A DNA stretch of 64,000 nt from an uncultured Rhizobium sp. (GTDB taxonomy: Bacteria > Pseudomonadota > Alphaproteobacteria > SHVZ01), in assembly GCA_964655235.1 (NCBI GenBank), contig CAZZLX010000001.1, positions 1,842 through 65,841 on the forward strand. Reading direction: 5' to 3'. Under the pieces are notes generated by a model. It ran no database searches, had not been told where the DNA came from, and saw nothing but the letters and a program-made list of their open reading frames with translations. A program made the position numbers and the translations under genes. Of this stretch, positions 38,618 through 48,152 are shown one piece after another. The number at the start of each line of letters is the position of its first letter. The stretch's first letter is position 1.

Positions 38618-39994
38618 GTGGAGCTGGATGTCGCCGGCCGGCGCACCGAGGCGACGGCCCTGGCGCGCGCTGTCCTGCAGCGCACGCCCTCCTCGGTCGA
38701 GGCGCGGTGCGTGCTGGCGACGATCGCCCTTCGTGATGGGTCTGCTTCCACCGCCGGAGCCCTGCTACGGCAGGCCTGCGTGCTCGAGCCCAGCTATCCT
38801 CAGGTTCACTACTACCTCGCCCTGTGGCGTCCGGATCGTGGCGACATCCCGGGCATGGAGTCGTCCCTTGCCCGGGCCCGCCAACTGCTCGGCACGGGAT
38901 CCAGAATGGCGACGAGTCTCGAGGCCTTCGCCGGCGCGTGGAGATGGCTCTCCGACCGCAGGGTCCCGTCTATGCCCCTGCGGTCAACTTCCCGTTCATC
39001 CGAGCCCGGAAGCACGCGCTGGCTGTTCGTCTGGCGCGATCTGGAGGAGTTCCTTGACCACTTCGACCAGGCACAGGTCGGAGGTCGGAGCACGTTCCGC
39101 CTGCCCAAGCGGGACCAGGGACCATCCTCGGACCCATCGGAGCAGCTGCTACGCTATTGCAAGGACGTCGATCCGGAGATCGTGGTCTTCCTGCCGGGAA
39201 CGGCCCAGCATCGAAATCCGACGCTCGGCGTCTTTCGGCAGCTGCGTGCCCAAGGGATCCCGACCGTCCTGTTCGTCGCCGATCTACGAAAGGCGCTTTG
39301 GCAAGGAGTCGCAAATCGCGTTGCCGATGCCTTCGACCTCGTGCTGCCGATCGACGGCTGCAGTCTCGAGAGCCTGCCCTCGCTCCGTCACCTGGGCCGA
39401 CGCTTCTTTCGCGGCTGGTCGCCGATATCCCCAGGAAACGTTCCGCCTTTCGCCACCCGGCGGTCTTGCGTGAACCTTGTAGGCAGCCTGTGGGGCGAGC
39501 GCGTTCACGGCGTCCAGGCGCTGAGAAATGCCGGGATCGAGGTGATCACCCGTCCGTCCGCGATCGAGGCGCATCGGGATCCGAATTTGCCGGCCCACAA
39601 GACTCTTTCGACGGCGACCTATCTAGACTCGCTCAGGCAGGCTCAGCTGACGGTCAACTACAGCGCCTGCAGCACGGGAGACGGGCACCAGCTCAAAGGC
39701 CGGGTCCTGGAAGCGGCGGCGTGCGGCTCGATGCTTCTCGAGTCGGCCAACGACGTCACCTGCGACTTCTTCGAAGAGGGACGCGAATACGTCTCTTTCG
39801 ACGGAGCGGCCGATCTCGTCGAGAAGGTCCGGTATTTTCTCGCTCATCCCGAACGCGCCGCGGAAATCGCCGCGAACGCGACATCGCGGTTCCTCAGGGA
39901 CTACACCGCAACGACGTTCTGGACTCGCGTCCTCGCCGCCGCTCGCGAGAACAATGCCTCGATCGAGTCCGCTAGGCGACGTCTCCACCCCTGA
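38618..39994 (+). CDS. TPR-repeat protein with C-terminal CgeB-like (GT1-type) glycosyltransferase domain
   Basis: GTG at 38618 (VELDVAGRR...) is preferred. The ORF-track start at 38450 runs through the terminator. The C-terminus GRVLEAAACGSMLLESANDVTCDFFEEGREYVSFDGAADLVEKVRYFLAHPERAAEIAANATSRF matches the CgeB/Glyco_trans_1_2 C-terminal pattern. Confidence 0.7.
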   Translation: MELDVAGRRTEATALARAVLQRTPSSVEARCVLATIALRDGSASTAGALLRQACVLEPSYPQVHYYLALWRPDRGDIPGMESSLARARQLLGTGSRMATSLEAFAGAWRWLSDRRVPSMPLRSTSRSSEPGSTRWLFVWRDLEEFLDHFDQAQVGGRSTFRLPKRDQGPSSDPSEQLLRYCKDVDPEIVVFLPGTAQHRNPTLGVFRQLRAQGIPTVLFVADLRKALWQGVANRVADAFDLVLPIDGCSLESLPSLRHLGRRFFRGWSPISPGNVPPFATRRSCVNLVGSLWGERVHGVQALRNAGIEVITRPSAIEAHRDPNLPAHKTLSTATYLDSLRQAQLTVNYSACSTGDGHQLKGRVLEAAACGSMLLESANDVTCDFFEEGREYVSFDGAADLVEKVRYFLAHPERAAEIAANATSRFLRDYTATTFWTRVLAAARENNASIESARRRLHP

Positions 39995-42023
39995 CGCTCC
40001 GGAGTGCCTTGACGAGGTTGTGGGCGTAGAGATTTGCGTTGCAGAGGGGTGAGTTGATCACCTGGCTGCGGAGGTTGGCTCGGAGGGTTGCGAGTGCGGG
40101 GAGATCTCGCGCCAGCGCATCGGCCCTCTCGACGTAGCCCTGGTGGTCGGGCGCCACCAGATGATCGAGCCCCACCAGCGGCAGGAAGCCCGCTCCCATC
40201 CGCGCGATGAAGCGCTCGCCCGCCAGCGTCACCACCGGAACCCCCATCCACAGAGCCTGGAACGTCGCGTTGCACCCGACGAACGGAAACGGATCCAAGG
40301 CAATGTCGACCTGATGGTAGATCGACAGATGCGCCGTCCCCTCCGTCGAGCCGGCCTCGAACTCGATCCGGTCCCCGCTCACCCCAAACCCTGAGAACGA
40401 CGACCGGATATGGGCGCGAAGCGTCGGGTCTTCGTAGAAATGCAGATACTTGAGAAGAAGCCGAGATCCCGGAACGGCCCGCATCACTGATGCCCAGGTC
40501 GACAACGTCGAGGGCGACAGCTTCGCCGGGTTGTTGAAGCACCCGAACGTCACCCGGCCCGAGCTCAGAGCCGGAAGCGCCGATACCAGAGGCTCCTCCG
40601 GCGGGCGGCGGAACACGTACCAGCACGGCAGCCGCAACAGCCTCTCGCTGAACTTCTCCTCCGTCCCCAATGGCGTCGTCGCCTCGTCGCCTACCCAGTA
40701 GTCCATCTCCGCCAGACCCGTCGTCGTCAAATCGAACAGAGACGCCTGGACCGGCGCCGCCCTCGACGCAAACACACGAAGACGACCACCAGCCGTGTGA
40801 CCCGCAACCGATACCAGAACGTCGATCCCGTCCTCGCGAACCGCAGAAACAACCTCCTCGTCGCTCAGATCCGCAATCACACGCCACCCATCCGCCAGAG
40901 ACGCAAATCGAGCACTCATCTCGTCCGGACGAGCGACATTCGCATACAGAAAAACCTCGACACCCCCCCGATCCATCCCCTCAACAATCGAAAGCAACGT
41001 CTCCCCTACCGCATGCCGGCGGAGATCGGCCGAGACAATGCCCAGCCGCAGCTGCCGTCCATCAGGCAAGTCCGGCCGCCTCGGCATCGGCAATCGGAGG
41101 GCCTGATCGTGACGACCGGCGACAGCCCTGAACAGCTCCTCGGCCGTGGTCGAGTCCCGGTACAGCAGCGACATCACGCGATTGCTGGCGAAAGCCGCAT
41201 TCGACGGCGCGAGCATGACAGCGCGACCACCCCACGCAGCGGCCTCATCCGGGAAAGCCAGCGTTGACGACGCCACGCCGAGGTTGCTCACGGCGTCCGC
41301 ATCGGTCGGCTCCAGCACGACGGCCCGCCGCAAAGCAGTCCGTGCGTCCCCGAGCCGTCCTGCACGATGGAAGGCGCGGCCAAGATTGTTCTGGAGGCCG
41401 GCGAGAACCGGATCGAGTTCCGCCGCCTTCTCGAGTGTGGCGATGCGGTCCCGGCCACGATCCGAAAGCTCGTATGCGTTCGCCAAATTGACCAGGATCC
41501 GCGCCGATCCGCGATCCATCTGCGACGCCCGGACCAGCGCAGCGATCGAGGCACTGATCGCCTTCTCGCCGAGGAGAAGGATTCCGAGGTTCGATTGCAC
41601 CGCGGCGCTTCCGGGCTCTAGGCAGGCATGCCTTTGCGCGAAGCGCAGAAGATCCCTGACCGAGAGCACGGTCCGGCACCGCCCGATCAGGTTGCCGTAG
41701 GCCGAGGCGAAAAGAGGATCGCAGGCGATGGCACGGCGATAGATCCCGACGGCCGAAGAAAGATCGGCCGGTGCGACAGCTTCGCCCATGTTGCCGTGAA
41801 ACAACGCAACGGCAGGATCGACCGCCAGCGCGATGCGCAGGAAGCGCAGAGCGAGGTCGCTTCGTCCGCGCTGAAGCTCCCCCACACCTCGAAAATGCCA
41901 TGCCCAGGAATGCAGGGGGATCTGTGCGAGGATCTGCTCGTAGAGTCCGAGGGCCTCCGGCACCCGACCGGCCTGATGAAGCTGAAGCGCGTTCTGGAAC
42001 TGGGCGGCAGGATCGTTCGGCAT
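39972..42023 (-). CDS. TPR-repeat protein with C-terminal GT41-like domain (paralog A; catalytic domain identical to paralog B)
   Basis: 683 aa. Motifs: LRLGIVSADLRRHAVGE, VTFGCFNNPAKLSP, VDIALDPFPFVGCNATFQALWMGVPVVTLAGERFIARMGAGFL. Residues ~338-674 are encoded by the 1012-bp repeat. Confidence 0.85.
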   Translation of the reverse strand: MPNDPAAQFQNALQLHQAGRVPEALGLYEQILAQIPLHSWAWHFRGVGELQRGRSDLALRFLRIALAVDPAVALFHGNMGEAVAPADLSSAVGIYRRAIACDPLFASAYGNLIGRCRTVLSVRDLLRFAQRHACLEPGSAAVQSNLGILLLGEKAISASIAALVRASQMDRGSARILVNLANAYELSDRGRDRIATLEKAAELDPVLAGLQNNLGRAFHRAGRLGDARTALRRAVVLEPTDADAVSNLGVASSTLAFPDEAAAWGGRAVMLAPSNAAFASNRVMSLLYRDSTTAEELFRAVAGRHDQALRLPMPRRPDLPDGRQLRLGIVSADLRRHAVGETLLSIVEGMDRGGVEVFLYANVARPDEMSARFASLADGWRVIADLSDEEVVSAVREDGIDVLVSVAGHTAGGRLRVFASRAAPVQASLFDLTTTGLAEMDYWVGDEATTPLGTEEKFSERLLRLPCWYVFRRPPEEPLVSALPALSSGRVTFGCFNNPAKLSPSTLSTWASVMRAVPGSRLLLKYLHFYEDPTLRAHIRSSFSGFGVSGDRIEFEAGSTEGTAHLSIYHQVDIALDPFPFVGCNATFQALWMGVPVVTLAGERFIARMGAGFLPLVGLDHLVAPDHQGYVERADALARDLPALATLRANLRSQVINSPLCNANLYAHNLVKALRSVRGGDVA
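40000..41011. repeat. Perfect 1012-bp direct repeat, copy 1 (copy 2 at 42074..43085; period 2074 bp)
   Basis: Six spot-checked stretches (about 340 bp in total, at 40001-40050, 40021-40080, 40081-40140, 40441-40500, 40861-40920 and 40921-41011) match the second copy base for base. The ORF-track translations from both copies are identical (40143..40394 = 42217..42468, 40450..40701 = 42524..42775). The boundaries were found by inspection: 39999 c vs 42073 a, and 41012 c vs 43086 g. Confidence 0.9.
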
Positions 42024-42027
42024 TCGC

Positions 42028-44097
42028 TCAGGCCCGAGCCGGCTGTCCAGGGTGTTCCTGCATCGCGACCCGACGGAGTGCCTTGACGAGGTTGTGGGCG
42101 TAGAGATTTGCGTTGCAGAGGGGTGAGTTGATCACCTGGCTGCGGAGGTTGGCTCGGAGGGTTGCGAGTGCGGGGAGATCTCGCGCCAGCGCATCGGCCC
42201 TCTCGACGTAGCCCTGGTGGTCGGGCGCCACCAGATGATCGAGCCCCACCAGCGGCAGGAAGCCCGCTCCCATCCGCGCGATGAAGCGCTCGCCCGCCAG
42301 CGTCACCACCGGAACCCCCATCCACAGAGCCTGGAACGTCGCGTTGCACCCGACGAACGGAAACGGATCCAAGGCAATGTCGACCTGATGGTAGATCGAC
42401 AGATGCGCCGTCCCCTCCGTCGAGCCGGCCTCGAACTCGATCCGGTCCCCGCTCACCCCAAACCCTGAGAACGACGACCGGATATGGGCGCGAAGCGTCG
42501 GGTCTTCGTAGAAATGCAGATACTTGAGAAGAAGCCGAGATCCCGGAACGGCCCGCATCACTGATGCCCAGGTCGACAACGTCGAGGGCGACAGCTTCGC
42601 CGGGTTGTTGAAGCACCCGAACGTCACCCGGCCCGAGCTCAGAGCCGGAAGCGCCGATACCAGAGGCTCCTCCGGCGGGCGGCGGAACACGTACCAGCAC
42701 GGCAGCCGCAACAGCCTCTCGCTGAACTTCTCCTCCGTCCCCAATGGCGTCGTCGCCTCGTCGCCTACCCAGTAGTCCATCTCCGCCAGACCCGTCGTCG
42801 TCAAATCGAACAGAGACGCCTGGACCGGCGCCGCCCTCGACGCAAACACACGAAGACGACCACCAGCCGTGTGACCCGCAACCGATACCAGAACGTCGAT
42901 CCCGTCCTCGCGAACCGCAGAAACAACCTCCTCGTCGCTCAGATCCGCAATCACACGCCACCCATCCGCCAGAGACGCAAATCGAGCACTCATCTCGTCC
43001 GGACGAGCGACATTCGCATACAGAAAAACCTCGACACCCCCCCGATCCATCCCCTCAACAATCGAAAGCAACGTCTCCCCTACCGGGTGGCTGCAGAGGT
43101 CCGCCGATACAAACCCAATTCTGAATTTCCCCCTGGATCCGTTCGCAAGCGTACGCGACGGAGCGGGCGCATTCCGGATCATGCTGCCACTCGATGTCGC
43201 ACGCATCAGCTCGGATGCGCTCGTCGAGTCCGCATAGAGTAGCGTCATCACGTAGTTGCCGCGAAAAGCCGCATTCGTCGGCGCGACCGCCAAGGCCCGC
43301 CGAACGAACGCTTTGGCGCCCTCCGCGTCGCCCAAGGCGAGAGCGATATTTCCCAGATTGTTGAGGGCTTCCGCCTCGTCGGAATGCAGCGCCAAGGCGC
43401 GCCTGAGAGAGCGCCGCCCTTCGCCGATGCGTCCCGCGCGCTGATAGGCGCGACCCAGATTGTTGTGACTGCTCGCCGCGTGCGGGCTGAGCCGAGCCGC
43501 CTTCTCGAGAACCACTGTCGCCCGATCGGCCTCGCCTCCGACCACCAGGGCGCGGCCGAGATTGGCGAGGATCTCGGCCGCATCCGGCGAGAGCGATACC
43601 CCCCGCATCAACGCCTTCTCCCCGTGAGGAAGGTCACCCCGATCGCAAAGCAGCAATCCGAGATTTGACTGGGCGGCCGGATTGTTAGGCTCGACGGCGA
43701 CGTGACGGCGCGAAAATCGGAGCAGCGTTCCGGCACTCTCGATCGCGCGGCATCGAGCGACCAGGTTCCCGTATGCCGACCCGAACATGACGTCGCAGCT
43801 GATCGCACGACGATAGAGGCGTGCCGCAGATCCAAGGTCCGCGCCCGCCAGGGCTTCGCCCAGGTTACCGTGGAACACCGCGACGGACGGGTCGATCGCA
43901 AGCGCAACGTGAAGGCACCGAAGCGCGTCGCTCGACCGCCCTCGCTGCAGCTCGATCAGGCCCAGATAGTGCCATGCCCAGGAATGGAGCGGGACGCCCG
44001 ACAGCACGTCGCGGTAGCGCCTCTCGGCCTCGTCAACCCGGCCGACCTGATGCAGACCTAGGCCTTCCTGGAATATCCCGTTCCAATCACCTGCCAT
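42028..44097 (-). CDS. TPR-repeat protein with C-terminal GT41-like domain (paralog B)
   Basis: 689 aa. The N-terminal TPR region is distinct. From ...VGETLLSIVEG onward it is identical to paralog A until the final ~10 residues. Confidence 0.85.
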   Translation of the reverse strand: MAGDWNGIFQEGLGLHQVGRVDEAERRYRDVLSGVPLHSWAWHYLGLIELQRGRSSDALRCLHVALAIDPSVAVFHGNLGEALAGADLGSAARLYRRAISCDVMFGSAYGNLVARCRAIESAGTLLRFSRRHVAVEPNNPAAQSNLGLLLCDRGDLPHGEKALMRGVSLSPDAAEILANLGRALVVGGEADRATVVLEKAARLSPHAASSHNNLGRAYQRAGRIGEGRRSLRRALALHSDEAEALNNLGNIALALGDAEGAKAFVRRALAVAPTNAAFRGNYVMTLLYADSTSASELMRATSSGSMIRNAPAPSRTLANGSRGKFRIGFVSADLCSHPVGETLLSIVEGMDRGGVEVFLYANVARPDEMSARFASLADGWRVIADLSDEEVVSAVREDGIDVLVSVAGHTAGGRLRVFASRAAPVQASLFDLTTTGLAEMDYWVGDEATTPLGTEEKFSERLLRLPCWYVFRRPPEEPLVSALPALSSGRVTFGCFNNPAKLSPSTLSTWASVMRAVPGSRLLLKYLHFYEDPTLRAHIRSSFSGFGVSGDRIEFEAGSTEGTAHLSIYHQVDIALDPFPFVGCNATFQALWMGVPVVTLAGERFIARMGAGFLPLVGLDHLVAPDHQGYVERADALARDLPALATLRANLRSQVINSPLCNANLYAHNLVKALRRVAMQEHPGQPARA
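42074..43085. repeat. Perfect 1012-bp direct repeat, copy 2
   Basis: See copy 1. Confidence 0.9.
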
Positions 44098-44398
44098 CGG
44101 ACTCGCTCTGGAACGCTCGCTTCGCCTTTCGCCTGACCCGACGCCAGGGCTCCTCGCTGACGGGAGCGCTGCTTGATCGATAAAACCTTAATACAATCAA
44201 CGCGCTATATCGATCGATCAAACTCGAGCCGACCGGACTTCCTAACGCGGTATCAAGTGCCCATATACAGGCCAGCGTCCTCGTGGACACGCTCCACGGG
44301 CAAGGGCGCCGCAAGCGCTTCTCCCAAACGTTGACGAATTTCGCCGGGAGGATGTCGACGACGTCCTCCCGGACCTTTCGTCCGACCTCTACGGAAAA

Positions 44399-44776
44399 TC
44401 AGCGGCAGCGCTTGAAGGTAGGCGTCGGGGCTCCGTCGCGCATCCCGTCCTTTATGACCGAGCCGTTCGGGCCCTGTTGCCAGGGTCGAATGGTCGCACC
44501 CACGATCTTCCAGACGGTGGGGCCGCCACCATCGTTGAAGTCCAGCGTGAAGAACTCCGGCGACTCCTCCGTCAAGGTCGGGGAGCCGAAGTCGGCCGCC
44601 ACGCCCTTGTTGACCGTATAGGCGATCAGCTTGCCGCTCGGGTTCAGGCGATAGCCGATCTTGAAGTCTCCTCCGCAGTCCCCCGCCCACTCGCCGACCA
44701 CGAGAGGCTGCCGCGACTGAGCGCCCGCGCCGGAGGCGACAAGCAAAAGCGCGATCACGAAAAGGGCCCTCAGCAT
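44399..44776 (-). CDS. Small secreted protein of unknown function (signal peptide)
   Basis: Internal ATG at 44776 gives MLRALFVIALLLVASGAGA|QS. 125 aa with two Cys. The ORF-track start at 44848 adds an Arg-rich extension. Confidence 0.6.
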   Translation of the reverse strand: MLRALFVIALLLVASGAGAQSRQPLVVGEWAGDCGGDFKIGYRLNPSGKLIAYTVNKGVAADFGSPTLTEESPEFFTLDFNDGGGPTVWKIVGATIRPWQQGPNGSVIKDGMRDGAPTPTFKRCR

Positions 44777-44967
44777 GAAGTCGCTCCTCGCATTGTCGGC
44801 TCCGCGCCGACGGATCCAGCGCCACAGATCTATCATCAACCGGTGCAAGAGATCGAGCCGCTTGGCCCTGCAACCGAGCGTTACGAGGCAATGGCCGAGC
44901 CCTGAAGGGGTGGTCGCCCCGACCTCGATCTCCTATAGATTGGTCGTTCAACACCACCGGACACTCG

Positions 44968-46596
44968 ATGAAGACGAAAAGGAACCGGGATCTGCAGCGG
45001 GCGCGCAACGCGCCCGTTGCCGGCAATCTTTTTGCCGAGGCCAGCCGCGCGTACACCGCTGGCGATCTCGACGCCGCCGAGCGTCACGCGAGCCAGCTCC
45101 TACGCGCCCAGCCAAGAAATGCCGATGCACTCAATCTCATCGGCGTCATCGCCGCCGCCCGAAGCGACATGCCTCGCGCGGCGAAATTTCTCGGCCAGGC
45201 GGCCGAGCTCATGCCTCGATCCGCCTCGATCCGAGGCAATCTCGCCCTCGCGCTGAAGATGCTCGGCCGCTGGCATGACGCGATCGCGCAGGCACGCGAG
45301 GGAGTCCGGCTCGAGCCCGGCAACTCGATCATCTGGAACACGCTTTGCGCCGCGCAATACGAGGTCGGGGACCATGCCGGCGCCTTGGTCAGCGGCCGCA
45401 CGGCGATCGCCCTAGGCCCGACCATGGCCGAGGCCTGGAACAACTTCGGTAACGTTCTCGTCGAGTTCGGCCACGCGCGGACGGAAAGCGCCTTTCGCAT
45501 GGCCCTCGCGCTCAATCCCTTCCTGGTTCAGGCATGGTCGGGGCTCGGCAGCGCCGCGCTCAGGCAGAAGCGCCACGAAGCGGCTCAAGCGGCCTTCGAG
45601 CGAGCCCTCACCATCCGCTGGCCCAGCCGATGGTGGCCTGGAAATCGCCCGGCCTCCGTCCTCCCGCCGCCGCAGAGTCTCACCAACACCGTCAAGCTGC
45701 GCCACGACATCGAGCAGTTCGAAGCAGGCCGCCGGTCGGGGATCTATGGAGCGGAGTTCGATCCGATCATTTCGGCCTATCGCCGTGCACTCGATCGATT
45801 TGTCGGGCGATATGGCGCGTCGGCGAATGGCGCCCTTCATCCCGAGGACGTCGCTGCCATCGGCGATGTCTACGGACGCATCGTCAACTGGACCCCTCCG
45901 GCCAAGATCGCCGGTGGAGCCGTGGCGGCCGATTGGGATCGCGCTGACGTCGCACGACGCTACGCGGTGCCCCCCGGTATCTGCTGGGTCGACGGCTTCC
46001 TGACGGCGGAGGCCCTCTCCTCTCTCCGCAAGTTCTGCCTCGACTCGACCATCTGGAACGACATCAGTCACAATTACCAGGCGGCGCCGGTCGCTCGCGG
46101 ATATCTCGGGGCCTACGCCGCCGACGGCTTCTTCGCCCCGCTGCTCTTCCAGATCGCCGAGGAGCTGGCCGCGGCGCTTCCCGGGATCTTCGGTGGACAC
46201 CCTCTTCGCCAGATCTGGGCGTACAAGTACGAGAAGAAGCTCGAGGGCATCGGAATCCATGGCGACGACGCCGCGGTCAACGTCAACTTCTGGATCACGC
46301 CGGACAGCGCCAACCTGGACCCGGACTCCGGTGGCCTGATCGTCTATCCGGTGGAGGCGCCGGCTGATTGGGACTTCGCCGCGATCAATACCGAGCCGGA
46401 GACGATGCATCGCTTCGTCGAGGCGGCCGGGGAGCCTCCGGTCAATGTTCCGTACCGGCAGAACCGCGCCGTCATCTTCAACTCCGACCTCTTCCATGCG
46501 ACGGCGCCTCTCCGATTCCGTCCTGGATACGAAAACCGCCGCATCAACGTGACGATGCTGTTCGGCCAGCGACAGCCACGATCACGTTCAGCATGA
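44968..46596 (+). CDS. TPR-repeat protein with C-terminal 2OG-Fe(II) oxygenase-like (cupin) domain; candidate protein hydroxylase
   Basis: 542 aa. N-terminal TPRs. The C-terminus has IGIHGDDAAVNVNFWITPD (HxD) and a distal VIFNSDLFHAT (His). The architecture resembles Asp/Asn beta-hydroxylase. Confidence 0.7.
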   Translation: MKTKRNRDLQRARNAPVAGNLFAEASRAYTAGDLDAAERHASQLLRAQPRNADALNLIGVIAAARSDMPRAAKFLGQAAELMPRSASIRGNLALALKMLGRWHDAIAQAREGVRLEPGNSIIWNTLCAAQYEVGDHAGALVSGRTAIALGPTMAEAWNNFGNVLVEFGHARTESAFRMALALNPFLVQAWSGLGSAALRQKRHEAAQAAFERALTIRWPSRWWPGNRPASVLPPPQSLTNTVKLRHDIEQFEAGRRSGIYGAEFDPIISAYRRALDRFVGRYGASANGALHPEDVAAIGDVYGRIVNWTPPAKIAGGAVAADWDRADVARRYAVPPGICWVDGFLTAEALSSLRKFCLDSTIWNDISHNYQAAPVARGYLGAYAADGFFAPLLFQIAEELAAALPGIFGGHPLRQIWAYKYEKKLEGIGIHGDDAAVNVNFWITPDSANLDPDSGGLIVYPVEAPADWDFAAINTEPETMHRFVEAAGEPPVNVPYRQNRAVIFNSDLFHATAPLRFRPGYENRRINVTMLFGQRQPRSRSA

Positions 46597-48152
46597 CGGA
46601 AGTGCCGCCGTTGGCACACCCGTCGACCGACATCGCGGAAGCGCGCCGCACGCTTCTAGCCGAAGCCACCCGATCGACGGCCGCTTCTCGCCGGGCCTAT
46701 CGAGCCCTCCTCGCCCTCGTGCCGGGGGACGCCCACACGCTCATGTCCCTCGGCACACTCGCGGCCCAGGCGAGAGATGCCGAGGACCTGGCACTTCTTC
46801 GGCGCGTGCCTCACCTCGATCCGGAAGGCGCCGACGGGTATGCCAACTATGGAAGCGCTCTTCTCTCTAGGCGGGATCCCGCTTCGGCGCAGCCGGCGCT
46901 CCGCCGGGCTCTCGCCTTGCAGCCCGACCATGTCACCGCCTGGTATAACGAAGGCCTTTCCCGTCAGCAGGCCGGAGAGATCCGGGATGCGTCGACGGCC
47001 TACCGGCGCGCCGTCGCCGCCAGTCCATGCCACATCGAGGCGCGCCGAAATCTCGCCGTCTGCCTTCATTCCCTGAAGAAGATCGACGAGGCCCTGCATC
47101 TCCTGCAGGACCTCGTGAGGGAAACCCCCGATCGGGCCGACATACGCGAGAACATCGCCTTCATCCTCCTCGACATCGGACGGACCGACGACGCCTTCGA
47201 GGAGCTGGCGCGCGCCGCCGAGACCCGATACGGGCTCGGCTCGGCAGCTTCCGGCTCAGATCCGGCGCTCAGCCAGGTCACACCCGTCCGGCTCAAGCAC
47301 GATCGCGAGCAGCTCGATCATCTGCTCGCCCAAGGTCGTGGCGACGCTGCGCTCCGGCAGCTTCGCGACACCTACGCGGGCTTGCTGGAACAGGTGCCTC
47401 ACACCGCGCACGCGGTCCAGGCGCTCGCGCTCTCGCGGGAACAGTCCCGTGTCCTGGCGCCCTGGTACGGCCGTCGCTACGCGAGACGAGAGGCTTTGGC
47501 GGTTCCCGGCAGCGCGCTCAATCCCGCGCTCGATCTTCACGACGTCGAACGGCGCTATCTCGACTCCAGACCGGAAATCACCGTCATCGACGGTCTGCTT
47601 TCCGACGCATCGCTGCTCGCGCTCCGCCGGTTCTGCCTGGAGAACAGCTTCTGGATCCGAAGCTACGGCGGCGGCTATCTCGGATCATTCATGGAGGACG
47701 GTTTCGTCTGCCCGCTGATCGCGCAGATTGCCGGTGAGCTCAGGGCCGGCATGAGCCGGGTCGTCGGGCCGCATCCATTGAAGAAGGTCTGGGGCTTCAA
47801 GTACGACAGCCGCCTTTCTGGCATCAATCTGCATGCGGACTTCGCCGCTGTGAACGTCAATTTCTGGATCATGCCCGACAGTGCAAATCGCGATCCGTCC
47901 TCGGGTGGCCTGATCATCTGGGACAAGCCGGCGCCACTGTCCTGGGGGTTCGAGGAGTACAACCGCTCGCCTGAGCTTGCCCGGCGCTATCTCGATGGCG
48001 AAGGGGCGAAGGCCATCACCGTGCCCTATCGCGCCAACCGGGCGGTCATCTTCAACTCGAACCTGTTCCACGAGACCGATCGCATCGACTTCAAGGACGG
48101 CTACGAGAACCGGCGCGTCAACATCACGCTTCTCTACGGATCGCGATCATGA
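46593..48152 (+). CDS. TPR-repeat protein with C-terminal 2OG-Fe(II) oxygenase-like domain (paralog)
   Basis: ATG at 46593 overlaps the upstream stop (ATGA). Motifs: INLHADFAAVNVNFWIMPD, VIFNSNLFHET. ~45% identical to the preceding gene over the C-terminal domain. Confidence 0.7.
   Translation: MTEVPPLAHPSTDIAEARRTLLAEATRSTAASRRAYRALLALVPGDAHTLMSLGTLAAQARDAEDLALLRRVPHLDPEGADGYANYGSALLSRRDPASAQPALRRALALQPDHVTAWYNEGLSRQQAGEIRDASTAYRRAVAASPCHIEARRNLAVCLHSLKKIDEALHLLQDLVRETPDRADIRENIAFILLDIGRTDDAFEELARAAETRYGLGSAASGSDPALSQVTPVRLKHDREQLDHLLAQGRGDAALRQLRDTYAGLLEQVPHTAHAVQALALSREQSRVLAPWYGRRYARREALAVPGSALNPALDLHDVERRYLDSRPEITVIDGLLSDASLLALRRFCLENSFWIRSYGGGYLGSFMEDGFVCPLIAQIAGELRAGMSRVVGPHPLKKVWGFKYDSRLSGINLHADFAAVNVNFWIMPDSANRDPSSGGLIIWDKPAPLSWGFEEYNRSPELARRYLDGEGAKAITVPYRANRAVIFNSNLFHETDRIDFKDGYENRRVNITLLYGSRS

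Noticed and set aside
37318-38751. 477-aa minus-strand ORF
   Set aside because: It is Arg/Gly/Asp-rich antisense of the Thr/Ser-rich secreted protein gene. GC-rich codons on the sense strand generate open antisense frames.
39901-42961. Gly/Arg-rich minus-strand ORFs 39901..40887 and 41687..42961, and identical small plus-strand ORFs (for example 40143..40394 = 42217..42468)
   Set aside because: They are alternate-frame or antisense products of the two GT41 paralogs. They are useful only as evidence that the 1012-bp repeat copies are identical.
40000-43085. Possibility that the 1012-bp repeat is an insertion sequence or other mobile element
   Set aside because: There is no transposase, no terminal inverted repeats and no target-site duplication. 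The repeat is entirely coding and in frame within two paralogous genes.
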